Part shown: positions 63,469 to 64,000 of the stretch, piece by piece
Position numbering within the stretch: position 1 is the stretch's first letter
Layout: each line of letters starts with the position of its first letter
NCBI GenBank assembly: GCA_964187785.1
Contig: OZ076409.1
Coordinates: 30,382,001-30,446,000, forward strand
Source of the DNA: Amphiscolops sp. MND2022
Lineage: Eukaryota
Reading direction: 5' to 3'
Length of the DNA: 64,000 nt
Translations under genes and position numbers: made by a program
Notes under the pieces: model-generated
Told to the model about the DNA's origin: nothing
Database searches by the model: none
What the model saw: only the letters and a program-made list of their open reading frames with translations

Positions 63469-64000
63469 TGATCACATAAGGTTCAACTGAACATTTAGTC
63501 TTGTGATTCCAGTTTCTTTGTGCGTATTTTAGTTCTGTTTTTCAGTCTTCGCTAGCCAGAATTGCTGACAGCTCGAATGAAAGAAAAAAACGGAAAAAAA
63601 AACAAAACTGCGGATGAAGGGTTTGTTTGCATTATATTCTTTTGCTCCTTGAATTGTTTGTTTTGAGTCTTGGGAGAAGTGAGTCATTTGTAGGTTCTGG
63701 AGGATATTGGTTGGTGTACCATACCACGAATTCTTAAAATGCGTTTGTTTTGCGAATTGATTGCTACCGGATTGTGATAAGCGTTTCCCATTTGAAAAGA
63801 GGTTGCTGAGTGAACTGTATTTTCCTTTCCGCGGGAAATAGGATTTTGACTAGGATTAGGTTCGGGATTAGTGTGTCCTTCTGAGAGGTAGTGCGTGATT
63901 GTATCTGGCGTAATTTCTTCAGTGACGTTTTCTGCATTTGTTGTATCACCAGGCTAGTAGAAGACTCTGGGTTTAGCTGGGGTGTTGCGCCGTGATCAAG

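Larger units (their letters stand above)
41924..64000 (-). mobile_element. Giant Gypsy element E, interrupted by element D and continuing beyond the window
   Basis: A partial LTR at 41924-42403 ends GCTGTGACA and is similar to 39935-40426. Internal sequence 42404-42947 resumes at 59053, followed by an antisense gene and a pol-tail-like minus-strand stretch at the window end. Confidence 0.65.

Noticed and set aside
1..64000. Species assignment (the repeats recall acoel worm genomes)
   Set aside because: This is an impression only and cannot be supported without a database search.

Overview
This is repeat-dominated eukaryotic DNA, probably from an invertebrate animal, and it is almost entirely nested and decayed transposons. 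No prokaryotic features were found. The main content is a group of giant Ty3/Gypsy LTR retrotransposons. One copy (D, 42948-59047, minus strand, about 16.1 kb) is structurally complete, with about 2.35-2.4 kb TG...CA LTRs, a 5-bp target-site duplication GTTCT and a PBS. Related but divergent elements occur at <1-6007 (A), ~16274-37664 (C), 39004-~41790 (F, truncated) and ~41924->64000 (E, interrupted by D). There is also a solo LTR with a TSD at 9603-11158 and another LTR at 14627-16205. These elements share an unusual layout. Gag starts inside the LTR and reads through the PBS into gag-PR-RT-RH-IN. An antisense multi-exon gene follows, encoding a BED/hAT-like zinc-finger protein that looks like a derived hAT-transposase fold. 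A short acidic sense ORF then runs into the 3' LTR. The window also holds a small Mag-like Gypsy element (B, 18546-24312), Helentron/DINE-1-like non-autonomous repeats, LINE remnants, several tandem duplications, a 179-bp palindrome and a coiled-coil ORF. All element ORFs carry stops or frameshifts. Domain assignments come from reading motifs by eye, not from database searches.
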